This document shows positions 10,298 to 18,794 of a DNA stretch of 64,000 bases, piece after piece. This stretch comes from Promethearchaeati archaeon SRVP18_Atabeyarchaeia-1. GTDB lineage: Archaea; Asgardarchaeota; Atabeyarchaeia; Atabeyarchaeales; Atabeyarchaeaceae. The number at the start of each line of letters is the position of its first letter. Position 1 is the stretch's first letter. The notes beneath the pieces are model-generated. The model did not search any database. It saw only the letters and a list, made by a program, of their open reading frames with translations, and was not told the origin of the DNA. The stretch lies in the NCBI GenBank assembly GCA_037308085.1, contig CP147779.1:224001-288000 (forward strand), written 5' to 3'. A program made the position numbers and the translations under genes.

Positions 10298-11513
10298 TTA
10301 ATAGCTGCTTGAGGTGACTTCTCCGCTTCTGCTCCCCGTCTTGTTTAAGGATCGGATCACAGCTACATGGGCGGAGCGATCCAACCTGAACCGCAGGCCT
10401 TCATCCTGGTTTTCCAACAGGTTTAAGCAGGCGTTTAGATGCCGATCTATCCTGCAACACTCTAGGATCTTTGCTTTCGGGTCTACCATGGCCCACCCAC
10501 ATACCGCGCAGACCCTGGAAGTGTTCCAAGGACTCACTTCAACGACTCTGCCTCCCTCCCAGAGAGCCTTGTACTCGATGTAAGTTTGTAGCCTCCTGAA
10601 GCTCCACGAGTTCAGCCTCCGCTTCATCTTCCTGGAGTACTTGCTTACCTTCTGAATTCTACCGTTGAAAATATTGACGCCTAAGACTTTCTTATTAATT
10701 GTCCTGCGGATATGTTTAAGGTCTTCGAGAATAATGCCTTGCTCTCTGGTTTTTGCTTGCTTCACTATGGCTGAGCTCACCTGGTGCAGAATTGTTTTGA
10801 CCTTGTTGTTCTGATTGGTGAACCAGTCTCTCTGTATCTTCTTCGCTACCCGTCTATCCTTCACGTACTTGGCTTGGACCCTTCGCACCCGCCCAAAGTA
10901 TCCGTGCCTAACCTCTGAAACCCTTGATAAGTCATGGCTTTCAAAGACCAATTCTCCGCTTTCATTCACGCCGCCTCCATCGATTGATCGCTCATTCGTG
11001 TCATACGCCACATAACTCTTCGGTTCGGTAGCTTCAACGGTCTTGGAGAAGACCACCGATACCATGCAAGTAGTCAAGGTTATTGAGCCCAACTTGAGCG
11101 TAGCATCCGATAGGAGCCGCGCTGCTCTCTTGTGCAGGGGACGTAGAAGTACTCTCTTGGCTTGATTGGGATTCTCAGGTTGCCGTCAACAACTTTGTAG
11201 GCTTGGTTTCCCAGTTTGGCCGTGAGCTTCGTGGCTCTCGGCACTCGAACATTCTGATGCCTTCTCTTCGCTTTCCGGTAGTTCTTCAAGATGGGGGTGG
11301 CAACCTCGATGGCGGAGAGGCTGTACCAGGTGTGGAGACCGAGACCATTTAGCTGGTGGTATGTCTCGCTCTGCAGTCTTAGCCTGCAGGTCACATTCTT
11401 CTCTAGACCGACGCGGATGCAGTGGTTGACCATGCTCCTGAAGGCTTCAAGGAGACTAAGAACACCGCTTCGAGGCTCGTATGATATCTGCACCCCGCCT
11501 TAACTGCCTGCAT
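10298..11513 (-). pseudogene. tnpB: IS200/IS605-family TnpB (IS1341-like, no tnpA), frameshifted
   Basis: RuvC-I YVAYDTNE, RuvC-II ILEDL, Zn finger TSRVCAVCG..CC, DRHLNA; frameshifts near 11137 (C run) and 11494 (G run). Confidence 0.85.
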
Positions 11514-11645
11514 GGAGCTGAACAACCCAAAACTCTTATTTAAGCTCACCAACCGAAGAGGTAACTGAGCCAATATTATTAAGTGTTGAGCCTACTCCAC
11601 TAGGTACTGCGAATGAGCCTGCTTGCCGCATGCGTCTGGATGTGT

Positions 11646-11740
11646 GGGCCCGTGGCCTAGTCAGGATAGGGCGCCGGCCTTCGACCTTGTTCCTGGAAGA
11701 CAGCCGGGGGTCGTGGGTTCAAATCCCTCCGGGCCCGCCA
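11646..11740 (+). tRNA. tRNA-Arg(TCG) with 17-nt intron at 37/38 (11685-11701), CCA encoded
   Basis: Anticodon stem CCGGC/GCCGG; BHB helix CTTC/GAAG, bulges GAC and ACA. Confidence 0.95.
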
Positions 11741-11921
11741 ACGAGTCTGCGCAATTACGGTTTGTAATACCCTTTGGGGAATTGATTACTGGGCGTCATT
11801 GCGTTGACGTTCTCGAGATTCCTCCTGAAGAAGAATTAAATATGAGGAGGAGTAATCGGTCAAGTGGGGAATCGAAGTTTGTCGTCTCTCTTTTTGGTTT
11901 TGCCAGGGAGGTATTCTTCTA

Positions 11922-13139
11922 ATGCCTAAGATGTCAAAGCTACTTGCAAACATCAAGACATCAGCAATCCGCAGAACTGCTGCTTGGCTTGCACTAGCAA
12001 AAGACAAGAAGGAAATCATAAGTTTCGGCGGAGGAGCACCTAGCCTTCCACCGCCGTCTGAGCTTGTGCAGAAACTCAGAGAAGCCTTGAATGATCAATG
12101 GAAGCCTTTTGCCTATGGTGGGACTCGTGGCACACCTGAGTTGCGCGAGGCAATAGTCAGGGACCTGTACAAGTATGGGAAGGTCCGGCTTGATGGACCT
12201 GACAATATCATAGTAACCCATGGTGGAACAGAAGGCATCTTCGCCGGACTGGGGGCGATTCTTGATCCAGGTGATGAGGTAATACTTGCTGATCCAACTT
12301 ACCTGGGGTATCCCGAGGTTCTTAAGATAATGAATGCAAGGGCAGTCACCTTGCCAGTAAGTGTTGATGAAGGCTTCCAGCCAAAGGTTGAGACCTTGAA
12401 GAAGAAGATCACTAAACGAACCAAGGCCTTTGTGCTGCTCTCACCGGACAATCCGACGGGTCGTGTAATAAGACCTGAAATAGCAAAAGCGATAGTCGAC
12501 CTTGCATGCGATCATGACTTCTGGATCGTTTGCGATGACGCTTACAAGCACACGATCTTCGAGGGTAGTCATACTTGGGCTAGCACACTCCCAGGCGCCG
12601 AGGATCGCACGCTCACAATCTGTAGCTTCTCCAAGGAGGCCTCTATACCGGGACTTAGACTTGGATACTCCTATGGCAGTACGGAAATAATAGATGCGAT
12701 GGAGAAGTACGCGCAGTACCTGTCCCTTTGCCCCGAGAGCCTTGCCCAAATTGCGGTTACGGGTTACTTGGCGGATCCGAAGGCCAAAGATAGATACCTC
12801 ACCGAGGAGGTGATTCCGACCTACAAACAAAGATGTGACGCTATGGGCATGTTCATCGAGAAGTACCTCCCAGAAGCCCGAACATCAAAGCCTCAAGGAG
12901 CCTTCTACTACTTCGTGGACTTCGGAAGTTACTTGAGTGAAGCAGGGTTGAATGAAGAGGAGTTTGTTGACGAACTTAGGTTGAAGAAGAGCGTCATAGT
13001 AATACCGGGAAGAGTCTTCGGAGAGAATGGAAAGAACCATGTTCGGATGACCTTCGTATCTGAGACAGATAAAAGAATTGAAGAGGGAATAAAAAGAATA
13101 AGTAGCTTCCTAAAAGAGAAGTCCGATCAAAAGAGCTAG
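11922..13139 (+). CDS. Class I/II PLP aminotransferase
   Basis: SPDNPTG, DDAY, SFSK..PGLRLG, C-terminal RMTF. Confidence 0.92.
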   Translation: MPKMSKLLANIKTSAIRRTAAWLALAKDKKEIISFGGGAPSLPPPSELVQKLREALNDQWKPFAYGGTRGTPELREAIVRDLYKYGKVRLDGPDNIIVTHGGTEGIFAGLGAILDPGDEVILADPTYLGYPEVLKIMNARAVTLPVSVDEGFQPKVETLKKKITKRTKAFVLLSPDNPTGRVIRPEIAKAIVDLACDHDFWIVCDDAYKHTIFEGSHTWASTLPGAEDRTLTICSFSKEASIPGLRLGYSYGSTEIIDAMEKYAQYLSLCPESLAQIAVTGYLADPKAKDRYLTEEVIPTYKQRCDAMGMFIEKYLPEARTSKPQGAFYYFVDFGSYLSEAGLNEEEFVDELRLKKSVIVIPGRVFGENGKNHVRMTFVSETDKRIEEGIKRISSFLKEKSDQKS

Positions 13140-13168
13140 TGAAGCGGCAGCTGACATCTCCGTAGGCA

Positions 13169-14392
13169 CTAGAATCTGACTGGAGATAGGAGCATGATCA
13201 ATGGACCTTGCTTTAGATTCCTTGACTCTTCTCTGACTTCTTCCGAAATTGTCTTGAGCAGCTGATAATGCTCATCAACACTGTCGACTGCAACATCGTG
13301 GTAGAGCGCAATGGTGTGCAATATTCCTTCTCTGGCAAGAAACTGTATTACTATCGGGTTTATCGAGTACTCGTTTTGACTTGGATTGTTTGGGGTCATG
13401 ACTATTCTTCTGCTTTCGGGGGTAGCTCTTAACTTGGAGGCTGCCCAGGCTATTTGATTCATGGTTTCGAGTTCGCCTTCGTCATTCTTTCCTTCAAACT
13501 GCATTAATGCTCCTCCAAGTCTTCCATGATCTAGTGCTACCCTCGTACGCAAACCTGTCGCTCTTTGCGCCTTGGTCGGCTGCGATTTGAGACACACGTG
13601 CAAAGCTACTTTGTCTAATGAACGAGAATAGTCTTCTACGACTCTTTGGACGGCAACAGAGCACCTTTCTTTGTCGGTTATGCCTCGAAGCACAGGACCG
13701 AAGATTGTTGAGGCGTTTTCCGCTGGTTTTTGGTTGGATGAGGAATAAGAGGATTTGAATCGCTCCTTTATTTCGTCAAGGGATGTGTGATATAAGTGCG
13801 CCGAACCAGACACAGTTAGTACATCACCACGTGCGGAGGACCCGCCATAATGCGCAGCAACTTCCGTTAGGAAGACGGCATAGCTTCCTGAGACATCTTC
13901 AGACCAGGCCCTCGCGATGTCATTGCTCCGAATATAATCTATTATGTTTATTTTCTCGTTCACTTTCTGGAAGGCCACTATGTCGATGCAGGGGGGATTT
14001 GGACTCCTTGAGTCTTCTATTGGATTCCAGAGCTGTGCAAAAGCTACGTTGCCGCTTCTCTTCAAGCTGTCAACTACGTGCTGAATTTGGTTGAACCCAA
14101 ATCTCTTCTTCATGCACCAGCCGTAGGTATAGGTATGCTCCCCTTTTTCGGAGGATGAGTACTGTGGCCAGTACTGGTGTTCGATTACGTCAGGCGACAG
14201 ACCGATGTAGTTCCGCGGAGTAATGGCGCCCGTTCTCCAGTCGGTTAGATGAGCAATCCCGCAGATACATTCTAGTGTCTTTTGCCTTTTCCCTTCAGTA
14301 TACACCATTGAGCCCTTCTCGGAGATAGTGCCGACCATTGAACGCCAAGCCGAGTCGATGTTTCTGCTTCGGGTCATGAACGGACCATACAT
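13169..14392 (-). CDS. Thymidylate-synthase-superfamily protein with two tandem TS-like domains
   Basis: YTYG..NQI, PPC, RSND, SAHLY in domain 1; NQI..SRR..IQF in domain 2; ATG at 14392 follows AGGAGG. Confidence 0.8.
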   Translation of the reverse strand: MYGPFMTRSRNIDSAWRSMVGTISEKGSMVYTEGKRQKTLECICGIAHLTDWRTGAITPRNYIGLSPDVIEHQYWPQYSSSEKGEHTYTYGWCMKKRFGFNQIQHVVDSLKRSGNVAFAQLWNPIEDSRSPNPPCIDIVAFQKVNEKINIIDYIRSNDIARAWSEDVSGSYAVFLTEVAAHYGGSSARGDVLTVSGSAHLYHTSLDEIKERFKSSYSSSNQKPAENASTIFGPVLRGITDKERCSVAVQRVVEDYSRSLDKVALHVCLKSQPTKAQRATGLRTRVALDHGRLGGALMQFEGKNDEGELETMNQIAWAASKLRATPESRRIVMTPNNPSQNEYSINPIVIQFLAREGILHTIALYHDVAVDSVDEHYQLLKTISEEVREESRNLKQGPLIMLLSPVRF

Positions 14393-14435
14393 TCCTTGTC
14401 GCCTCCTTCTAGTCGCGCCTGAGTCAAGCAAAGGC

Positions 14436-15968
14436 TCAGCTTTGCTTGCCGCCACCGAGTACGTCATAGTAGGGGTGCGGTCTGTGAGGGAGTACACCAA
14501 GCGTCTTGTATACCTCATCGGCAACTGCAACTTGGCATGCTGCTACGCTCGGGAAGATCCTTGTGGCATTCTTGATCGGACCATACATGTTCATGTCGAC
14601 TCCGAAAATTGTGGGAAGAGTGTAATCGAAGCTGAACTCAATGTCTTTTCGTTCCAGTTGAATAGAGTGCAGATTATGTATGCCTATGGCTGTGGGAAAC
14701 CCAAGCCGGCTTTTTATAATCCATGCCTTTTCAAGCGCGCTCAACGCGCCTCCGCCTAGCCTTGGGACTCCTGGATCGATAATTGGCCTGTGCACGATTT
14801 CACCGAAGTACTTCAGAATTTGGGCTGCCTTCTTTATCGAATCTTCCGCCGACTCGGTATAGGATAAGCAGATAGCGTACTCTGCCCCTCCTATGTTCTT
14901 GAGAGCATTGTATTCCTCTCTGCTTGGAGCCATGAGAGAGTTGTAGATTACCCTTTTTTCGACTCCTATGTCTTTGGCGATTTTCAAGCCATGGACGCGT
15001 GTGTCCATGGAGCTGGAGTCGATGATAATCGGTGAATCAGTATGGTCGACGGTGAACAGTATGTATCTCTCAATAGCCTCGACAGTCTGTCCGACGATAT
15101 GAACTATCACAGGAATGCTATAGTGGATCGACAGTTCGTCCTGTCGGTATATGAAATCTGCAGCGGCTTTCTGGTCGAAACCCCCTTTTCTCGGTTCTGT
15201 GACGATCTTGTCCTTGGTGTAGAAGATCGTCCCCGCCATGGCTGTAGGATATTCCCCTCTCTGCCCTCCGATCTTTAGTCCGCACAGGTCGTAGACTTGG
15301 GGACTTACCTCAGAAAATGTGAACATTGATCCTAATGAACTTCTTGTCTTCTGCTTGCTTCCCTTGATCTTCTTAACATAGCGGCTGACTGCTTTCTCCC
15401 AGTCGTTCAGTCCCTTTGGCTCAGGGGGAAAGATCGGCTCCATCTTCAGGGAAATTGGGTCCGTTCTTGCAGATAACTCGTCAACTTTCATGCAGATCTT
15501 TTCAAGCGATGTCTCATTGATCATGTCGACGACTAAAACTACTTGCTGTCGGAATCGAGTAACGTATTTCGACGGCTCGTCTCCCCTGAAATAGGTGGGT
15601 AGAAGAGTGGGAATCGTGCCATTGCTGCCTATGACAACATGTTTCTCACTCAGACCGTTCGAATGAAGAGCAATCAACGTTTGTCCGGGTTCGTGACCTC
15701 TAACTCGTTCACCACAGACTAGCAGGTACATGATATGCGGATTAGATATGATATTCTGAACTATCTTTGCTATTCCCTCGTTCTCAGTCTCGCAGAATCC
15801 AGAGATGGCAACTTTTTCGCCTCTGGCTCCTACGATCTTCTTTGGCAAATCATAGGATCCACAAGTCATGACGGCAATCCTCGCATCTGGATTACCGAGG
15901 GAATAGTCGCCCGCCAGCGGTGGCCACTTTCCTTGCTTCTTGGAATGATGATCCTTATCGCTTTCCAT
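14436..15968 (-). CDS. MtrA (corrinoid)-MtrH (methylpterin methyltransferase) fusion
   Basis: WPP..GDY..GNP, ETENEGIAKIVQNIISNPHI..CG..VRGHEPGQ (MtrA); GGQRGEYPTAMAGTIFY, IIIDSS, IYNS, DPG, GIHN, MYGPI (MtrH). Confidence 0.9.
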   Translation of the reverse strand: MESDKDHHSKKQGKWPPLAGDYSLGNPDARIAVMTCGSYDLPKKIVGARGEKVAISGFCETENEGIAKIVQNIISNPHIMYLLVCGERVRGHEPGQTLIALHSNGLSEKHVVIGSNGTIPTLLPTYFRGDEPSKYVTRFRQQVVLVVDMINETSLEKICMKVDELSARTDPISLKMEPIFPPEPKGLNDWEKAVSRYVKKIKGSKQKTRSSLGSMFTFSEVSPQVYDLCGLKIGGQRGEYPTAMAGTIFYTKDKIVTEPRKGGFDQKAAADFIYRQDELSIHYSIPVIVHIVGQTVEAIERYILFTVDHTDSPIIIDSSSMDTRVHGLKIAKDIGVEKRVIYNSLMAPSREEYNALKNIGGAEYAICLSYTESAEDSIKKAAQILKYFGEIVHRPIIDPGVPRLGGGALSALEKAWIIKSRLGFPTAIGIHNLHSIQLERKDIEFSFDYTLPTIFGVDMNMYGPIKNATRIFPSVAACQVAVADEVYKTLGVLPHRPHPYYDVLGGGKQS

Positions 15969-16081
15969 GGCTTAGTTCAGACCTACAGAGAAATATATAA
16001 GTATGCACTTCAACCACCATCTAAAGAGCGTGGGATCCAATAACCTATAACATGGTACCCGGTGGAGAGGAGATCTTAGAA

Positions 16082-16222
16082 ATGCCTGACAGGAAAATGA
16101 AGCAAAACCTCATGGAACTGAAGAGTTTGAGATATAGAGCGCATCCACATCTGTATGACAAGAAGGTTGCCGAGAGGAAAGTACGGCTACGGAAGCTAGT
16201 CAGGCACTTGAAGGAAGAGTGA
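16082..16222 (+). CDS. Small basic hypothetical protein (46 aa)
   Basis: MPDRKMKQNLMELKSLRYRAHPHLYDKKVAERKVRLRKLVRHLKEE, preceded by GGAGAGGAG; fills the intergenic gap; below the ORF-track cutoff. Confidence 0.45.
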   Translation: MPDRKMKQNLMELKSLRYRAHPHLYDKKVAERKVRLRKLVRHLKEE

Positions 16223-16286
16223 TCAAGGGCTGTAACCTGAGGTTCATGTGTCTCTCCAGATCCTTTGTTATGAAGCCCCTTGTTTC

Positions 16287-16988
16287 TCAGTTCTTGCCGA
16301 TTCTTCTGCTTGGAAGGCCTATTGCCCGTTCGTACTCGTACACGGCCCTTGAAGCCACAACCCATGTCTCTAGCATTGATTTGTCTATCGAGATCCTACG
16401 TTGCGCAAGCTTCGTATTTTCTTCTGTCAGATGCCCGTGTGCGAATCCTCCGATTACTATGGCAGGTCTGCTCTCTTCTGACAAGTGGCGCATGGTGTCT
16501 TCGACAGTCGCTGGCTCTCCAATTCTCGTGAACAGAGTCACGCTTGATGGATCAAGTTGTTTTATCAGATTGGGCATAGTGCCTCTTTCGAGCTTGAGAA
16601 GTGGCTTCTCAGAGGATGGAGGAACTTTGCCTGCATCAAACAGCTGGCTCATTAGACCCGTGAACCTATTGTAGACCCTGGGTAAACGAGTAGATGAGTC
16701 AACTGAAATCACATAGTCGTCTCTTGTGTGAATGCAGACTCTCATCAGATTCTCTTTGCAGAGGGGAGAACCTAGGACTGAGAGAAGCGTAATGTGAACG
16801 ATATCTGGGCGCCCTCGCCTAGTTTGATCAGGAAGACCGTTTATTAGTTGGTGATGGATTGAGGCGTCCAACAGCATACTGCTCACCTTCAAGCCCCTCT
16901 TCCTGGCTTGCCTGATTATGATCGGATTAGAGCGGAGTGGTGGAGGTATGACTTCAAGACTAGACTCACCTAGAATAAGGGTTATCAA
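16287..16988 (-). CDS. nep1: Nep1/Emg1 16S rRNA pseudouridine N1-methyltransferase
   Basis: LDASIHH, RGRPDIVH, RLPRVYNRFTGL, IGGFAHG. Confidence 0.95.
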   Translation of the reverse strand: MITLILGESSLEVIPPPLRSNPIIIRQARKRGLKVSSMLLDASIHHQLINGLPDQTRRGRPDIVHITLLSVLGSPLCKENLMRVCIHTRDDYVISVDSSTRLPRVYNRFTGLMSQLFDAGKVPPSSEKPLLKLERGTMPNLIKQLDPSSVTLFTRIGEPATVEDTMRHLSEESRPAIVIGGFAHGHLTEENTKLAQRRISIDKSMLETWVVASRAVYEYERAIGLPSRRIGKN

Positions 16989-17209
16989 ACATTGGTCCCT
17001 CCTTTTGTTGACATGCCGACTCAGTAACACTGATCCTAGATATATCCATGAAAACGCAATGTTACTTACAGAGAGCAACTATTTAAATTAGGTTTCCTAC
17101 ATCAGGTTTGGAAGGGCACTACTGCGCGCGATGATCAGTTTCCTACAATATTCAAACTGAGCGTTGAACGAGGTTGAGTTAAGACTGCGATTGCGCCTCA
17201 GGATCATAC

Positions 17210-17572
17210 TTGGCAACAATGGAGTACGTGACTAAGATGACGAAGAAGTATAGGTCAAGGTCTTCTATGCGGGATAGGTTCCTTTTCAAGGACATTGCCA
17301 AGGACAGGGTAAAGCGACTTCTTTCAATGGCAGAGGAGACTGTTCGAATTAGCCCTAACCTGTCTAGGGAATATGTTTCTCTGGCCATACGAATAGGAAT
17401 GAAATGTAGAGTCCGGCTTCCCAAAAACTGGAAGTGGAGGATATGCAAGGGGTGCAATACGCTCCTGTACCCTGGAGTAAATTGCTCCGTGAGAATCGGA
17501 TCTAGGCGGCAATGTCACCTCATCACGCGTTGTCTGAGTTGTGGCAGAATCTCCAGGAGAAATATCAAGTAG
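17210..17572 (+). CDS. rnp4: RNase P subunit Rpp21
   Basis: DIAKDRV..L, ICKGC..LYPG, CLSCG Zn ribbon. Confidence 0.93.
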   Translation: MATMEYVTKMTKKYRSRSSMRDRFLFKDIAKDRVKRLLSMAEETVRISPNLSREYVSLAIRIGMKCRVRLPKNWKWRICKGCNTLLYPGVNCSVRIGSRRQCHLITRCLSCGRISRRNIK

Positions 17573-17665
17573 GGATCTCTCTTTAGAGACCTTTAGCTAT
17601 AGGCAGATTTATAAATCACGTGCGGCATTGCATTTCTCGAACTTCCCTAACATGAGCTGCTAACT

Positions 17666-17702
17666 GTGATGAACTTACCTGATGATAACATCGACTGGCT
17701 GA
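17666..17702 (+). ncRNA. Candidate box C/D sRNA
   Basis: GTGATGA...CTGA-TGATAA...CTGA with CTAA/TTAG terminal stem, upstream of rps19e. Confidence 0.4.
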
Positions 17703-17728
17703 ACTTAGTATAAACGCGGTGATTATAG

Positions 17729-18190
17729 TTGTCAACCGTTTACCTAGTCCCAGCAAACGATTTCGTAAAGGCTTTGTCAGAGGAACTGAAGAAGGGCTAT
17801 GCTGAGTCCATCAAACCACCACCTTGGGCCGACTTTGTGAAGACTGCTGTCTACAAGACAAGCCAGCCTACACAGCGGGAGTGGTGGTACATTCGTTGCG
17901 CTTCTGTACTCAGAAAAATATATTTGAAGAAAATCATAGGCGTATCTCGCCTAAGGGTTGAGTATAGAGGTCCACAAACGAGGGGTGAAGGACCAATCCA
18001 TTCCAGAAGGGGTGGCGGTTCGATTCTCAGGAAGATGCTACAGGAACTTGAGACTGCCAGTCTTGTCGAGAAGAATGAGTCAAAGGGAAGAAGGCTAACA
18101 CCAAAGGGAGTCTCTCTTCTCGACCGCGTGGCGCACAAGGTAAGGTCTTCTCTGCAGAAGGAAGAGATCCCAGACTTGAAGAAGTACTGA
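17729..18190 (+). CDS. rps19e: Ribosomal protein S19e
   Basis: PPWADFVKT, WWYIRCASVLRKIY, GRRLTPKG. Confidence 0.97.
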   Translation: MSTVYLVPANDFVKALSEELKKGYAESIKPPPWADFVKTAVYKTSQPTQREWWYIRCASVLRKIYLKKIIGVSRLRVEYRGPQTRGEGPIHSRRGGGSILRKMLQELETASLVEKNESKGRRLTPKGVSLLDRVAHKVRSSLQKEEIPDLKKY

Positions 18191-18337
18191 GCAGATACGA
18201 CTTTGCCTGCTTTGGGGCATTGGGCAAACTCCATAAGTCGTTTGCGAATGAGTAATCCTCAAGGAGAGGCAAGGCAGTGGTTTTGAATGTGGCAAGTAAT
18301 GTGATTTGCAATGCTCTGACCTCAGGGGGTCGCTTGT

Positions 18338-18670
18338 TTGGCCGAAGACGAGGATATTGAAGAACTGAAGGAGAAAAGACTACGGCAGCTGCAGCAACAA
18401 ATAGTGGACGCTCGGAAGCAGGAGGAAGCGCGTAAGGAGTTTGAAGCTCAGAAACAATCCGCGCTTAGGCAGATCCTGACGGAAGAAGCAAGAAGCCGGC
18501 TGATGAATATCAAGATGGTCAAACCAGAATTCGCCGAACAACTAGAGATGCAATTGATCCAACTAGCTCAGTCTGGCAAGATATCAGCCCCACTAACGGA
18601 TCAACAGATGAAAGAGATCTTGGCGAAGCTGCAAAGCAAGAAAAGAGAATCCAAGATCTCATTTAGGTAG
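18338..18670 (+). CDS. PDCD5-like DNA-binding protein
   Basis: LRQILTEEARSRL..IKMVKPEFA; conserved position after rps19e. Confidence 0.95.
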   Translation: MAEDEDIEELKEKRLRQLQQQIVDARKQEEARKEFEAQKQSALRQILTEEARSRLMNIKMVKPEFAEQLEMQLIQLAQSGKISAPLTDQQMKEILAKLQSKKRESKISFR

Positions 18671-18794
18671 ATTCCGGGAAGGATCTGCTGAACTCGACAC
18701 TAGTAGGAATATTTAATTACGGATGAAGGCGTAAGTGAGAAATCATCTCCAAAGCGAGAGAGAAACGATAACCCAGGCAAAGGTGATGTCTAGC

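Noticed and set aside
11125-11150. Intron at the tnpB break
   Set aside because: Explained by a single missing base in a C run
14436-15968. Evidence for methanogenesis
   Set aside because: Soluble MtrAH only; no membrane Mtr subunits or mcr genes in the window
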